Shown one piece after another: positions 28,177-37,037 of a stretch of 48,209 nt of DNA. Every line of letters begins with the position of its first letter. Positions within the stretch are counted from its first letter, which is position 1. Made by a program: the position numbers and the translations under genes. This DNA is from Bacteroidota bacterium. Lineage in GTDB: Bacteria; Bacteroidota; Ignavibacteria; Kapaibacteriales; UBA2268. Under the pieces are notes generated by a model, which saw nothing but the letters and a program-made list of their open reading frames with translations, had not been told where the DNA came from and ran no database searches. The DNA lies in assembly GCA_024280675.1 (NCBI GenBank), contig JAJRPT010000117.1, forward strand, positions 1 to 48,209, written 5' to 3'.

Positions 28177-30240
28177 TTAATCAGAGTAAAAAGGCTCGGA
28201 CAGTTTCCTTCCCAGCTCACCGATAGTTATATTATAATTTGCAATATCGGTAGAAAGCTCAGTTAATTTTGCTGAATTAGCAGTCATATCGGCTCTTACG
28301 ATATTTATCTCAGCAATAATTTCGTCTGACCCTTCGGAATTATTTTTAATTTCGGATTTAATCCTTCCAATTACATTTTCATTTCTGTTGTATTTCCATA
28401 TCCTAAACACCCCTTTTGACATCGCAATCGTTAGTCCAATTCCTATAATCCCACAAGAAATTACAAGTGGCAAGCTGGAGAGGAAAATTGAAGATAGGTC
28501 CACCATGAAAAAGAGCTCAAGGGTCGTAAGAACAACTAAAGTAACTCCAAGTGCAAACAAAGCAGTTACTAATTTCTCAGATTTTGGTTTTTCGTAAGCA
28601 GCGATTTCTTGTTTTAGATTAATTGCAACATTTTCAATTTTTAATAATTGTTTACTGAGATTTTCTAGTGTTTGATCTAGGCTCTTATTTTTTTCATTAA
28701 TATTTTCAATCTGTTTATTCACTGTTGAGATTTCTGAGCGGTATTGAGTGAGCATCACGTCGAAGTCATTTTTTGTAGCATTCCAAATTGAGGCAACCAT
28801 TTCTTTTTTTGCAAAATATTTATCTCCATCAGCAAACTCATTATATTTCAATAGTTTAGTGCGATCACTTGAACCAAGTGTCATTGTGAATTCATTATTT
28901 GAGAACAATTTTTTCTGCGAATCTATTATCGAATTAATTTTATCAGCATCTTCGAGATACGCCTTTGAGATTGCATTTTCTTTATCGAAATTTTTAAAAT
29001 AAGCTAGGTTTCTTAAAAAATCAAAATCATCACCACTTCCTTCTGCAATACTTGCTACATCTTCATAGGCGGTGGCTCTGATTGTTAAATCTTCGTAGAA
29101 ATCTTCTTCGGTTCGAGAAATTATTTCTTTAATTAGAAATTTATAAAAGGGCAATAGTGTATACTTATTTCCATCTTGATAGAAATACTCACTATTCTCA
29201 TTTACAAATCTCAGAATCTCATCTTTTGAATGGTATTTTTCAATATTGTCAAATATTTTTAGCGAAGCACTCGACACCTGGCTAACAAATGCCGAACAAA
29301 GCAAAAAATAAGCCTCATTTCCAGAGAAAGGATAGAGCAAATCATTTCTAATCTTAATCAAAAAGTCTTTATCAGTTCCACCGAAGTCACTAGGTCTTTC
29401 AGAAATCTCTTGAAAGAACAATCTTGAGGATTCTTCTGTGTAATCTTTGCTTAGCAAATCCACACCACAAGCAATCGTCTCTGCCTCAAAACCAACATCA
29501 CTTTTCCTAGAGCTTGTAATTATTTTAATATCGAGCAAATCTTTTGGCAGAAAGTCCTTGTCTTCAATGTCGATATCAAAGGATATAAATTCGCCAAAAG
29601 ATATTTTATTAATACATTTCTCCAGAGTTGGAACTAGTGTCTGGCTTAGTTTTTGGAAATAATTATCACATTTGGCAATCCAGATGACAATTCTTGGCTT
29701 ATTCTCATTTTTTTTACTGAGCAAGAGTTCTTCTTGGCTCTTATTTGGATAGAATATGTTTAGCAAATCAATGACAAGAGCTTCGGCAATAAGTTCGGCA
29801 AACTGCTCAATCATTCTCAGGTCACTTTTCCGAATCAACACATTGGAGAGTGATTCAAACAGTCCTTCTGGTTTGCCACCCACATTAGTTAAATCCACAA
29901 AAGACATTGTCTTCCTAAGGAGTTCCTCATTAGATTCATTCAGTATATTTAGTATTTCGCCGAACCGTTTCTTATTTGCCAGTGAATTTGTAAAATGCTC
30001 AGAGTTTTGGCTCAGAGCGGGGATAAGCTCGTACACATTTTCAATATTAGAGACAAAAGCTCCAGCGAGTAAATCGATTTCATTGTTTTTTTGTAGTGCT
30101 TCTAAACCTGAGTGCAGTATTTCATTTTTGCCACTTAGGAAACCACCCCAAATGTGGATATTAACAGTCTTATCATCTTTGATTAGCCCCTCAAGGATTC
30201 TGGCATTATCATTAAATATTTTTTCTATCTCTTCCATCAT
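28177..30240 (-). CDS. hypothetical membrane-anchored STAND-like P-loop protein with coiled coils
   Basis: 687 aa. It has a Walker-A-like NIHIWGGFLSGKN (GxxxxGK, but N instead of S/T), a Walker-B-like PRIVIWIAKCD, and IKIITSSRKS (the hhhTSR pattern of STAND NTPases). A helical region follows, then heptad-like segments at about 500-550 and about 620-680. These flank two adjacent TM helices (LVTALFALGVTLVVLTTLELFFMV; LPLVISCGIIGIGLTIAM). Confidence 0.55.
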   Translation of the reverse strand: MMEEIEKIFNDNARILEGLIKDDKTVNIHIWGGFLSGKNEILHSGLEALQKNNEIDLLAGAFVSNIENVYELIPALSQNSEHFTNSLANKKRFGEILNILNESNEELLRKTMSFVDLTNVGGKPEGLFESLSNVLIRKSDLRMIEQFAELIAEALVIDLLNIFYPNKSQEELLLSKKNENKPRIVIWIAKCDNYFQKLSQTLVPTLEKCINKISFGEFISFDIDIEDKDFLPKDLLDIKIITSSRKSDVGFEAETIACGVDLLSKDYTEESSRLFFQEISERPSDFGGTDKDFLIKIRNDLLYPFSGNEAYFLLCSAFVSQVSSASLKIFDNIEKYHSKDEILRFVNENSEYFYQDGNKYTLLPFYKFLIKEIISRTEEDFYEDLTIRATAYEDVASIAEGSGDDFDFLRNLAYFKNFDKENAISKAYLEDADKINSIIDSQKKLFSNNEFTMTLGSSDRTKLLKYNEFADGDKYFAKKEMVASIWNATKNDFDVMLTQYRSEISTVNKQIENINEKNKSLDQTLENLSKQLLKIENVAINLKQEIAAYEKPKSEKLVTALFALGVTLVVLTTLELFFMVDLSSIFLSSLPLVISCGIIGIGLTIAMSKGVFRIWKYNRNENVIGRIKSEIKNNSEGSDEIIAEINIVRADMTANSAKLTELSTDIANYNITIGELGRKLSEPFYSD

Positions 30241-30289
30241 CCAAAATAAAGAAAGAAGCTGAGAAATATCAAAATAAAAATGAAAATGT

Positions 30290-30697
30290 TTATATCTTAA
30301 ATTTCACTTCAATGAAACTCAGTTCGTTTTTCTTGTAGACTGAGAAAGCATCGCTTAGATTCTTCATCAAGAAAACCCCTCTTCCTCCTTCTTTTAGTAG
30401 ATTCTCAGGTTGTCTTGGGTCAGCAATAGCACTTGCGTCAAAGCCTTCTCCTTGGTCGGAGATTTTGCAAGAGATCCATTCTCCGTCGAATTCTAATTTG
30501 ACGCCAATAAATTTATTCTCATCATAGCAATTCCCATGGCAGAGAGCATTGTTTAGCCCTTCGGTCACTACAAGCATGAGCTTATAAAATAATTCATCAC
30601 CAATAGTGGTTTTACTTTTAAAATCTTGGAACACAGGCTCGAATATTTTTACAATATCTTTGTTGCTTGCCGCCTGAAAATATTCTGAGTATATCAT
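30290..30697 (-). CDS. RsbW/SpoIIAB-type GHKL ATPase (anti-sigma-factor-like serine kinase, HATPase_c_2)
   Basis: 135 aa with an N-box EGLNNALCHG, a G1 box DQGEGFD and a G2 box GGRGVFLMKNL. Size and order are typical of partner-switching kinases. Confidence 0.75.
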   Translation of the reverse strand: MIYSEYFQAASNKDIVKIFEPVFQDFKSKTTIGDELFYKLMLVVTEGLNNALCHGNCYDENKFIGVKLEFDGEWISCKISDQGEGFDASAIADPRQPENLLKEGGRGVFLMKNLSDAFSVYKKNELSFIEVKFKI

Positions 30698-30700
30698 ATC

Positions 30701-32515
30701 TTAGATGCCTATTTCAGTATTTAGATTAATATTTGGGACGGTCATAAACTTTTCACTATTGCCGTCCAAACGAAACTCAAGCCACGATTTGAGGCTCAGC
30801 TTCCACTTGTCAAAAACCCTCAGCACTATTTCTGCCTCCGGACCAAAGGAATCAACATTTGAGTTCACCACCCCGTCACGCAGGAGGAAGTATCTCAAAC
30901 CAATTCCGAACAAATCTTCATTTTCATTTTTGTAATATAATAAAGACCTTAAAATAAATTCTTCTTTTTTGTTATTAATAGTTTGAGTGAAGCTTTTCTT
31001 GTCATAATCACCCGATTCTCTATAGTGGTAGTAGTATTCAATATGAATTGGGAATCTCTCCTTGAGTGTCACCGTAATTGAATCAGAGACAAAGAATCTT
31101 CTTATTGCCTTGCCCGAATATTTTTCGGACAGACTGGGAAAATCTTTACTCAAATACTCAACCGAGATTCCAATCTTTGGTTTGAGACTAACCCTATTAT
31201 AATTATAATAAAACCCTGCGTCGAGAAGCAAAGTTTGCAACACATTATTGCCAGCCGAGTATTCTTTTTTTAGCCAGACAATATGCTGCAAGCGTGAACC
31301 CAGCTTAAAAACACTAGAGAACAAGGGGCTGTAGTGCTTAATGTAGAAGAGCTCAGCACTGGCAAGCAACCTATCGCTATCCGAATTTTCATTATCACTT
31401 GGAGTGTCTTCTTTGCTTGATTTGTACGAGACATTTATTCCAATAGTATCGGCAATGCTTATTTTATATTTAAATTTATTTGCAATCAATATCTCAAAAA
31501 TTTCTTTATCACGCTCACGCGCATTTTTTTTAAGCAAAGACTTTTTATTCTCATCGGTGGAAGTGATTGAATTGATGAACGATCTTGAGTTCATTTCTAT
31601 TGTAAGCCTATTGCTTAAAAATTTTAGGTCTAAGTCTAAATTATTTGAAAATTTTAATACATCTTCGATATTGGTGGTATTTTGGTAGTGAATATCTTTT
31701 TGTTCATCGCCAAAGATAGGGACATTCTTACTATATTTTCCACTACTATAATATAGACTAAACTGGCTACTAACATTATTGCCCAGTCTAAAGGCGAGCT
31801 TTGTGCCTATATTGTAGAGCTTTTGTTTTTTTTCTTGAATAACTGGATTGTTTTCATTTACGGAGCCAATTATTCTATCATTATCCAAGTTTTTCAGATC
31901 AAAATAAACTCCTATTCTGTCGTCTGGAGAAAACAATTTCTGAGTCGATAGCCTCACATCATGCAGTGAATAATTTCTGTTAAAGCTTCTATTTATTTTA
32001 TTGTAGTTATATTTTGCATCGGTGTGATAGCCTGAGTATTTATTACTTGTTTCGAGTTCAAGTCTCCCAGCATTGGAGAATGAATTGAATCCCAAAATTT
32101 GTTGAAATTCTTTTCCATAATAAAAATTTGCAGATGAATTTTCCAGAGCTAGCCCAAAGCCTATCAGATTTTTATTTTCTACAAGTGAGACATTATTTGT
32201 TTTCACATCTCCGTTATATTTTATGTCGTTGTAGGATTTCAGTGCAAAATAATCTGTGATATTGTATCCAAACTGTGAATTTGCCAAGAGTTCCTCCGGG
32301 ATAGTATTGCTATTAATCAACCCCGATGCAGAGTAAGTTGCCTTGCCTATATTATTGAACGTGTTATTGCCCAAGCTAAGTTCTAGCATTGTTTGATGGT
32401 TCAGATAATTAGAGTAAACATTAGAGTTAGAGCTTAAATAACTGAGACTGTCGCCGGAGTGCAACAAAGCCACATTTATCAGCATACTAAGGCTTACAAT
32501 TATCAGTTTACCCAT
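30701..32515 (-). CDS. hypothetical outer-membrane beta-barrel-like protein
   Basis: 604 aa with signal peptide MGKLIIVSLSMLINVALLHS. It is N/Y/S/K-rich with many short alternating hydrophobic stretches typical of beta-barrels. Its stop lies 3 nt before the RsbW-like gene start. No family is recognised. Confidence 0.5.
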   Translation of the reverse strand: MGKLIIVSLSMLINVALLHSGDSLSYLSSNSNVYSNYLNHQTMLELSLGNNTFNNIGKATYSASGLINSNTIPEELLANSQFGYNITDYFALKSYNDIKYNGDVKTNNVSLVENKNLIGFGLALENSSANFYYGKEFQQILGFNSFSNAGRLELETSNKYSGYHTDAKYNYNKINRSFNRNYSLHDVRLSTQKLFSPDDRIGVYFDLKNLDNDRIIGSVNENNPVIQEKKQKLYNIGTKLAFRLGNNVSSQFSLYYSSGKYSKNVPIFGDEQKDIHYQNTTNIEDVLKFSNNLDLDLKFLSNRLTIEMNSRSFINSITSTDENKKSLLKKNARERDKEIFEILIANKFKYKISIADTIGINVSYKSSKEDTPSDNENSDSDRLLASAELFYIKHYSPLFSSVFKLGSRLQHIVWLKKEYSAGNNVLQTLLLDAGFYYNYNRVSLKPKIGISVEYLSKDFPSLSEKYSGKAIRRFFVSDSITVTLKERFPIHIEYYYHYRESGDYDKKSFTQTINNKKEEFILRSLLYYKNENEDLFGIGLRYFLLRDGVVNSNVDSFGPEAEIVLRVFDKWKLSLKSWLEFRLDGNSEKFMTVPNINLNTEIGI

Positions 32516-32739
32516 TGTGAGAATTATTAATTATTTGATTGGCAAGTCCGTCTGGTGCTAATATAGATATTAATTGCTAATTTTGAATTTAAAAGAAATG
32601 AAAAAAATGATAATACTTATTGCCGAAGGAGTACAGGGGCATCAACCCAAAGAAAGAAAATAGCGATGACAAAGGGCTCGACCAAGGCGGGAAAGCTGAA
32701 CAGTCCGAACTGGACGAGGGCACTAGAAACCCCGAGGGC

Positions 32740-33465
32740 ATGGGCTTTTTCGACCACATTGGAGAGTTACGCAAGTCAATTCTTTGGGCTGTGTTCTTTG
32801 TTGGATTGGGTTGTGTAGTTTCTGGATTTTTCATAACAGAGATAATAGAGAAGATTCTCATTGGCCCGGCACTCGACGCCGGGATAGACCTTCAGAACCT
32901 CCGAACGATGGGGCAGCCATTTCTTTATTTCAAGATAATACTTTATGCTGGATTTATTATTGCATTCCCGATGGTAGTGTGGCAGATTTGGAAATTTATA
33001 GAACCAGCACTCTATAAAAACGAAAAGAGTTGGGCACGCTGGATAACATTTTTTACAACAATTTGTTTTCTCACAGGCATTGTCTTCGCATATTATGTCA
33101 TGGTACCATCCCTTCTTGCATTTACGGCAAGCTTTGGCTCGGAGAAGATAAAGAACATAATAGACATTACCGACTATTTTTCCTTTATTACATTGCAGCT
33201 CATAGCCTCTGGTTTATTTTTTGAACTACCTATGGTATCTTTTGTATTGTCACGTGCTGGGCTTTTGACTCCTGGGTTTATGCGTCGCTACAGAAAGCAC
33301 TCGATAGTCGTGATTTTGCTAATTGCTGCAATAATCACTCCTAGTCCTGATCCTTTCAATCAAATGATAGTAGCCGTACCGATATACCTTTTGTATGAGC
33401 TGAGCATATTAATTTCAAAAATTGCATTGAACAGATATTTAAAAAATAAAACTGATAATTTATGA
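32740..33465 (+). CDS. tatC: twin-arginine translocase subunit TatC
   Basis: MGFFDHIGELRKSILWAVFF.. is a typical TatC N-terminus, and six TM helices follow. The track start (TTG 32620) would add an atypical 40-aa charged extension, so that start is kept as an alternative. Confidence 0.85.
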   Translation: MGFFDHIGELRKSILWAVFFVGLGCVVSGFFITEIIEKILIGPALDAGIDLQNLRTMGQPFLYFKIILYAGFIIAFPMVVWQIWKFIEPALYKNEKSWARWITFFTTICFLTGIVFAYYVMVPSLLAFTASFGSEKIKNIIDITDYFSFITLQLIASGLFFELPMVSFVLSRAGLLTPGFMRRYRKHSIVVILLIAAIITPSPDPFNQMIVAVPIYLLYELSILISKIALNRYLKNKTDNL

Positions 33466-34460
33466 AGCCAAGCTCCGCCACCCAGAAGATACTAAGCCAG
33501 ATAAAGAAACCCATTGGCGATGAGCTATTGGAGTTTAATACTTTTTTTAAAAAGAAATTAGAAACCGATGTTGCCTTGCTCAATATAATTCTGCGATATG
33601 TGACCAAGAAGAAGGGCAAGCAAATCCGGCCCATACTTGTTTTGCTAAGTGCGGGTATGTGCGGAGGTATTTGCCGGCGAACATACAACGGAGCTTCAAT
33701 GGTGGAGCTTCTGCACACCGCCACACTCATACACGACGACGTAATTGACAGTGCAAAGATACGCCGTGGGATAGCCTCGGTCAATTCTGAATGGAACAAC
33801 AAGATTGCCGTATTGGTCGGAGACTATTTACTATCGATGGGGCTTTTGAGTTCGATTGATTCAGATGAGTTCAAGTTTTTAAAATCCACATCTAAATCCG
33901 TCAAGGCAATGAGCGAATCAGAACTTATGTCATTGGACAAATCTAAAAAATTCAAAATAGACGAACCCACCTATCTCAAGATTATTAAAGGAAAGACGGC
34001 TACACTCATGGCAAGTTGCTGCGAGATAGGGGCAATTTCTGCAAATGACGACACCCACATCCAAGAAAAGATGGAAAGTTTTGGAATGAACCTCGGGATG
34101 GCATTTCAGCTCCGAGATGATTTATTTGATTACACAAGCAAGCGGTCAATTATTGGCAAGCCGGTGGGCAATGATCTTCGGGAGAAGAAGATGACCCTTC
34201 CTCTTATTCATGCACTAGGCAATTGCGAATCTTCACTCTCAAGTAAAATCATTAAGTCTATTAAAAAAGGTAAACTTACAAAATCTGAAATTTCTAAAAT
34301 AATATCATTTGTGAATGAATACGGAGGTGTGGATTACACACAAATATTGGCAAGCCAATACACTCACAATTCAAAGCAACTTATTTCGTCTTTTCCTGAG
34401 AGCAAATACAAAAGTGCTTTGGAAGAGCTTGGCGATTTCATTGTACAAAGAGAGTCGTGA
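33462..34460 (+). CDS. ispB: trans-polyprenyl diphosphate synthase (IspB-like, long-chain)
   Basis: 332 aa with two Asp-rich motifs, LIHDDVID and FQLRDDLFD. It overlaps the tatC stop by 4 nt. Confidence 0.85.
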   Translation: MKPSSATQKILSQIKKPIGDELLEFNTFFKKKLETDVALLNIILRYVTKKKGKQIRPILVLLSAGMCGGICRRTYNGASMVELLHTATLIHDDVIDSAKIRRGIASVNSEWNNKIAVLVGDYLLSMGLLSSIDSDEFKFLKSTSKSVKAMSESELMSLDKSKKFKIDEPTYLKIIKGKTATLMASCCEIGAISANDDTHIQEKMESFGMNLGMAFQLRDDLFDYTSKRSIIGKPVGNDLREKKMTLPLIHALGNCESSLSSKIIKSIKKGKLTKSEISKIISFVNEYGGVDYTQILASQYTHNSKQLISSFPESKYKSALEELGDFIVQRES

Positions 34461-34647
34461 TAAATTACTACTTTAATTCATGCCATGGTATGTTTTCATA
34501 AATCCTTTTGTGTGGATACTAAAATAGCTAATTTTCAAACAAAGCTGGCTCGTAATCAAAGATATTAGGCAAATAAAAAAAATAATTGGGAAAACATCTC
34601 TTCTTTTGCTAAATTGGTACAATTAAAAATAATAACAGGATAAATTA

Positions 34648-35361
34648 ATGATGAAAAACTTCAACAATCAAGACTCAACTAATATTGGAATCATGGGCGA
34701 TGCAGAACTGGCAAAAGCCCAGCTTGATTTTGTATCGAAGGCTTATGGCTGGATGGTTGCAGGGTTACTAACAACGGGCAGTATAGCTTGGTATATGTTC
34801 GATTCGGGTGCCTACCTCTACCTTCTCGACTCGATGATGTTTCTAATGATTGGGACGCTGGGACTTGTTTGGTTCATGTCATCACGCATTGACAAAATTA
34901 GTGCACAAACTGCCATGATTTTATTTATTGTTTATGCTGGGCTCTTAGGCGTGACCCTTTCCACTGTCTTTGCCATCTACAGCCTTGGCTCCATTGCCAA
35001 TGTATTCTTTGTCACAGCCGGCATGTTTGGGGCGATGAGTGCCTATGGTTACACCACCAAGAAAGATCTTTCTGGCGTGGGACGTTTCATGTTCATGGGT
35101 CTTGTCGGAATAATTCTCGCCTCCATCATGAACTTTTTCATTGCAAGTTCAGTTCTCCAGATGACAATATCATTTATCGGCGTGATAGTTTTTGCGGGTC
35201 TTGCAGCCTATGACACTCAAAAAATTAAGGAAATGTACACTCTTCAGTTTGAAGGGTCAGAAATTGCAACAAAGGGTGCAATTATGGGTGCATTAACTCT
35301 TTATCTTGATTTTATCAACATGTTCTTATTTCTTTTATATTTTCTAGGTGACAGAGATTAG
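34648..35361 (+). CDS. BAX inhibitor-1/YccA-family membrane protein
   Basis: 237 aa with seven hydrophobic helices. ..FVSKAYGWMVAGLLTTG.. and a C-terminal ..ALTLYLDFINMFLFLL.. pattern are typical of the BI-1/YbhL family. Confidence 0.8.
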   Translation: MMKNFNNQDSTNIGIMGDAELAKAQLDFVSKAYGWMVAGLLTTGSIAWYMFDSGAYLYLLDSMMFLMIGTLGLVWFMSSRIDKISAQTAMILFIVYAGLLGVTLSTVFAIYSLGSIANVFFVTAGMFGAMSAYGYTTKKDLSGVGRFMFMGLVGIILASIMNFFIASSVLQMTISFIGVIVFAGLAAYDTQKIKEMYTLQFEGSEIATKGAIMGALTLYLDFINMFLFLLYFLGDRD

Positions 35362-35440
35362 TCAATAATTTCTATTTTTAAAAAATAATAATAAACAAAT
35401 TTTACTTTATAAGAGTAATTTTATTAATTTTGTAATCTGA

Positions 35441-35469
35441 TGGACTCCTGGGGGGGTCTATTTTTATTT
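35441..35469 (+). terminator. candidate intrinsic terminator downstream of the BI-1 gene
   Basis: The stem TGGACTCC/GGGGTCTA has 8 bp including two G-U pairs, with loop TGGG, followed by TTTTTATTT. Confidence 0.5.
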
Positions 35470-35569
35470 ACGGGTGCTTAATTTTCATATTTTTTTAATT
35501 GAAAACTCCACCTATAAAAATATATAATTTAGATTTTTTTTGACAATAAAATTTATTCGGAATTTAGTT

Positions 35570-37009
35570 ATGGCACGTCGTGCAAAGAAAAAGCCTGAGG
35601 TAGACAAAAAGCTCATAATCGAAGCTTTCACCGATATGGCAAAACACAATAATATCGACCGGGACTTACTCCAAGGAGTCTTGGAGGAGACAATCTCAAT
35701 GATTGTCCGCAAAAAATACGGTGCAGAGTCTAATTTTGATATAATAGTAAATATGGACAAAGGTGATATCGAGATATATCTTATGAAAGATATAGTCGAT
35801 GAGGTCTCTGATCCAGAGCTTGAGATAGGCATTGAAGAGGTCAGCAAATACACCAAAGAGGACGAATACGAAGTAGGCGATGAGTTTATCGAGGAGATAA
35901 CCCTCGACAACATTGCAGACAATTTTGGCAGACGACTAGTCTCCCTTGCCTCCCAGAATCTTAATCAAAGAATAAGAGAAATTGAAAAAGATCAGATATT
36001 CGAGGAGTATTCCAAGAAAGAAGGCGAGATAGTCGTTGGTGAGATTCACCAAGTCCGTCGTCACGACATCTTAGTAGTGATAGACAAAGTCGAGATGCGG
36101 ATCCCACGTGAGGAGCAAATCCCGAACGAATCTTACAAATTCAAAAAGAACCACAATGTCAAGGCAATCGTAAAAGAAGTCAAGCGTTCTGGTCAATCTG
36201 GTCATCCCGACATTATTCTTTCCCGAGCATCTGGTAAGTTCTTGGAAAGATTATTTGAGATTGAAATTCCTGAGATTTACGACGGAATCATCCAAATCAA
36301 ATCCATTGCTCGAGACCCAGGTGAACGGTCTAAGGTTGCCGTTGTATCATTTGATGACAGAGTCGATCCCGTTGGTGCTTGCGTTGGGATGAAAGGTGTC
36401 CGCATTCATTCAATCGTACGAGAGCTCAACAACGAAAACATTGATTTGATAGAATACGCCGACCAGGCAAATATATTCATCATGCGTGCTCTTTCTCCTG
36501 CCAAGGTCAAGAACATAGAAGTAAACGAAGAAACTAGAACTGCCAATGTAACACTGCCAGAGGATCAGGTATCCCTTGCCATTGGACGAAATGGTCAAAA
36601 TGTAAGGCTAGCCTCCCGACTTACCGGCTATCAAATCACGCTCGTCAAAGAGGGAGCCGAAGACATTGACATACAAGAATTTGCAGAAGAGCTTGGCGAT
36701 GATCTCCTTGGTGATTTGTTGCTTAACGAAATTAAAACTGCCAGAGAATTTCTAAATGCTCCTCTTGAACTCATAATGGGTTTCGAGGGTGTTACAAAAG
36801 ACATAATGATAGAGCTTCGCCAGATAATGCTGGGCGAATTCGACGAGGGCGAAGAAGACGAGATTTTGGCAAAGATAAACTTAATATCAAAAATTGCTGA
36901 GCAAGGCGAGGAAAAAGTCGAAGAAGGGGAAACCGAAGCTGGGCCAACAGACGAAGATACTTCTGAGGAAACCGCAGAAGAGAAATCGGACAAAGAAACC
37001 GAAGATTAA
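35570..37009 (+). CDS. nusA: transcription termination/antitermination factor NusA
   Basis: S1 and KH regions are present, with GACVGMKGVRIHSIVRELNNENIDLI and an acidic C-terminal tail. The start is placed at ATG 35570 (MARRAKKK..) rather than the track TTG at 35540. Confidence 0.92.
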   Translation: MARRAKKKPEVDKKLIIEAFTDMAKHNNIDRDLLQGVLEETISMIVRKKYGAESNFDIIVNMDKGDIEIYLMKDIVDEVSDPELEIGIEEVSKYTKEDEYEVGDEFIEEITLDNIADNFGRRLVSLASQNLNQRIREIEKDQIFEEYSKKEGEIVVGEIHQVRRHDILVVIDKVEMRIPREEQIPNESYKFKKNHNVKAIVKEVKRSGQSGHPDIILSRASGKFLERLFEIEIPEIYDGIIQIKSIARDPGERSKVAVVSFDDRVDPVGACVGMKGVRIHSIVRELNNENIDLIEYADQANIFIMRALSPAKVKNIEVNEETRTANVTLPEDQVSLAIGRNGQNVRLASRLTGYQITLVKEGAEDIDIQEFAEELGDDLLGDLLLNEIKTAREFLNAPLELIMGFEGVTKDIMIELRQIMLGEFDEGEEDEILAKINLISKIAEQGEEKVEEGETEAGPTDEDTSEETAEEKSDKETED

Positions 37010-37037
37010 ATTATAATTAGGAAACAACTAAGAATTT

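Noticed and set aside
29756-30262. A 168-aa plus-strand ORF antisense to the 687-aa gene.
   Set aside because: It is Ser/Leu/Phe-rich low-complexity translation typical of the antisense strand of an AT-rich, K/E/N-rich gene. It has no motifs and lies fully inside a better ORF.
32598-32663. A 21-aa ORF (MKKMIILIAEGVQGHQPKERK) upstream of tatC, considered as a possible tatA or leader peptide.
   Set aside because: It is too short and lacks the TatA TM-hinge-amphipathic helix pattern. A TAATTTTG motif at 32578-32585 might place a transcript start just before it, but that alone does not support a coding call. tatA is simply not adjacent.
35512-35922. A 136-aa antisense ORF across the nusA start, together with the TTG 35540 start for nusA.
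   Set aside because: The antisense ORF is Ser-rich shadow translation. ATG 35570 (MARRAKKK) is a more plausible nusA start than a TTG that is part of a TTGACA-like hexamer.
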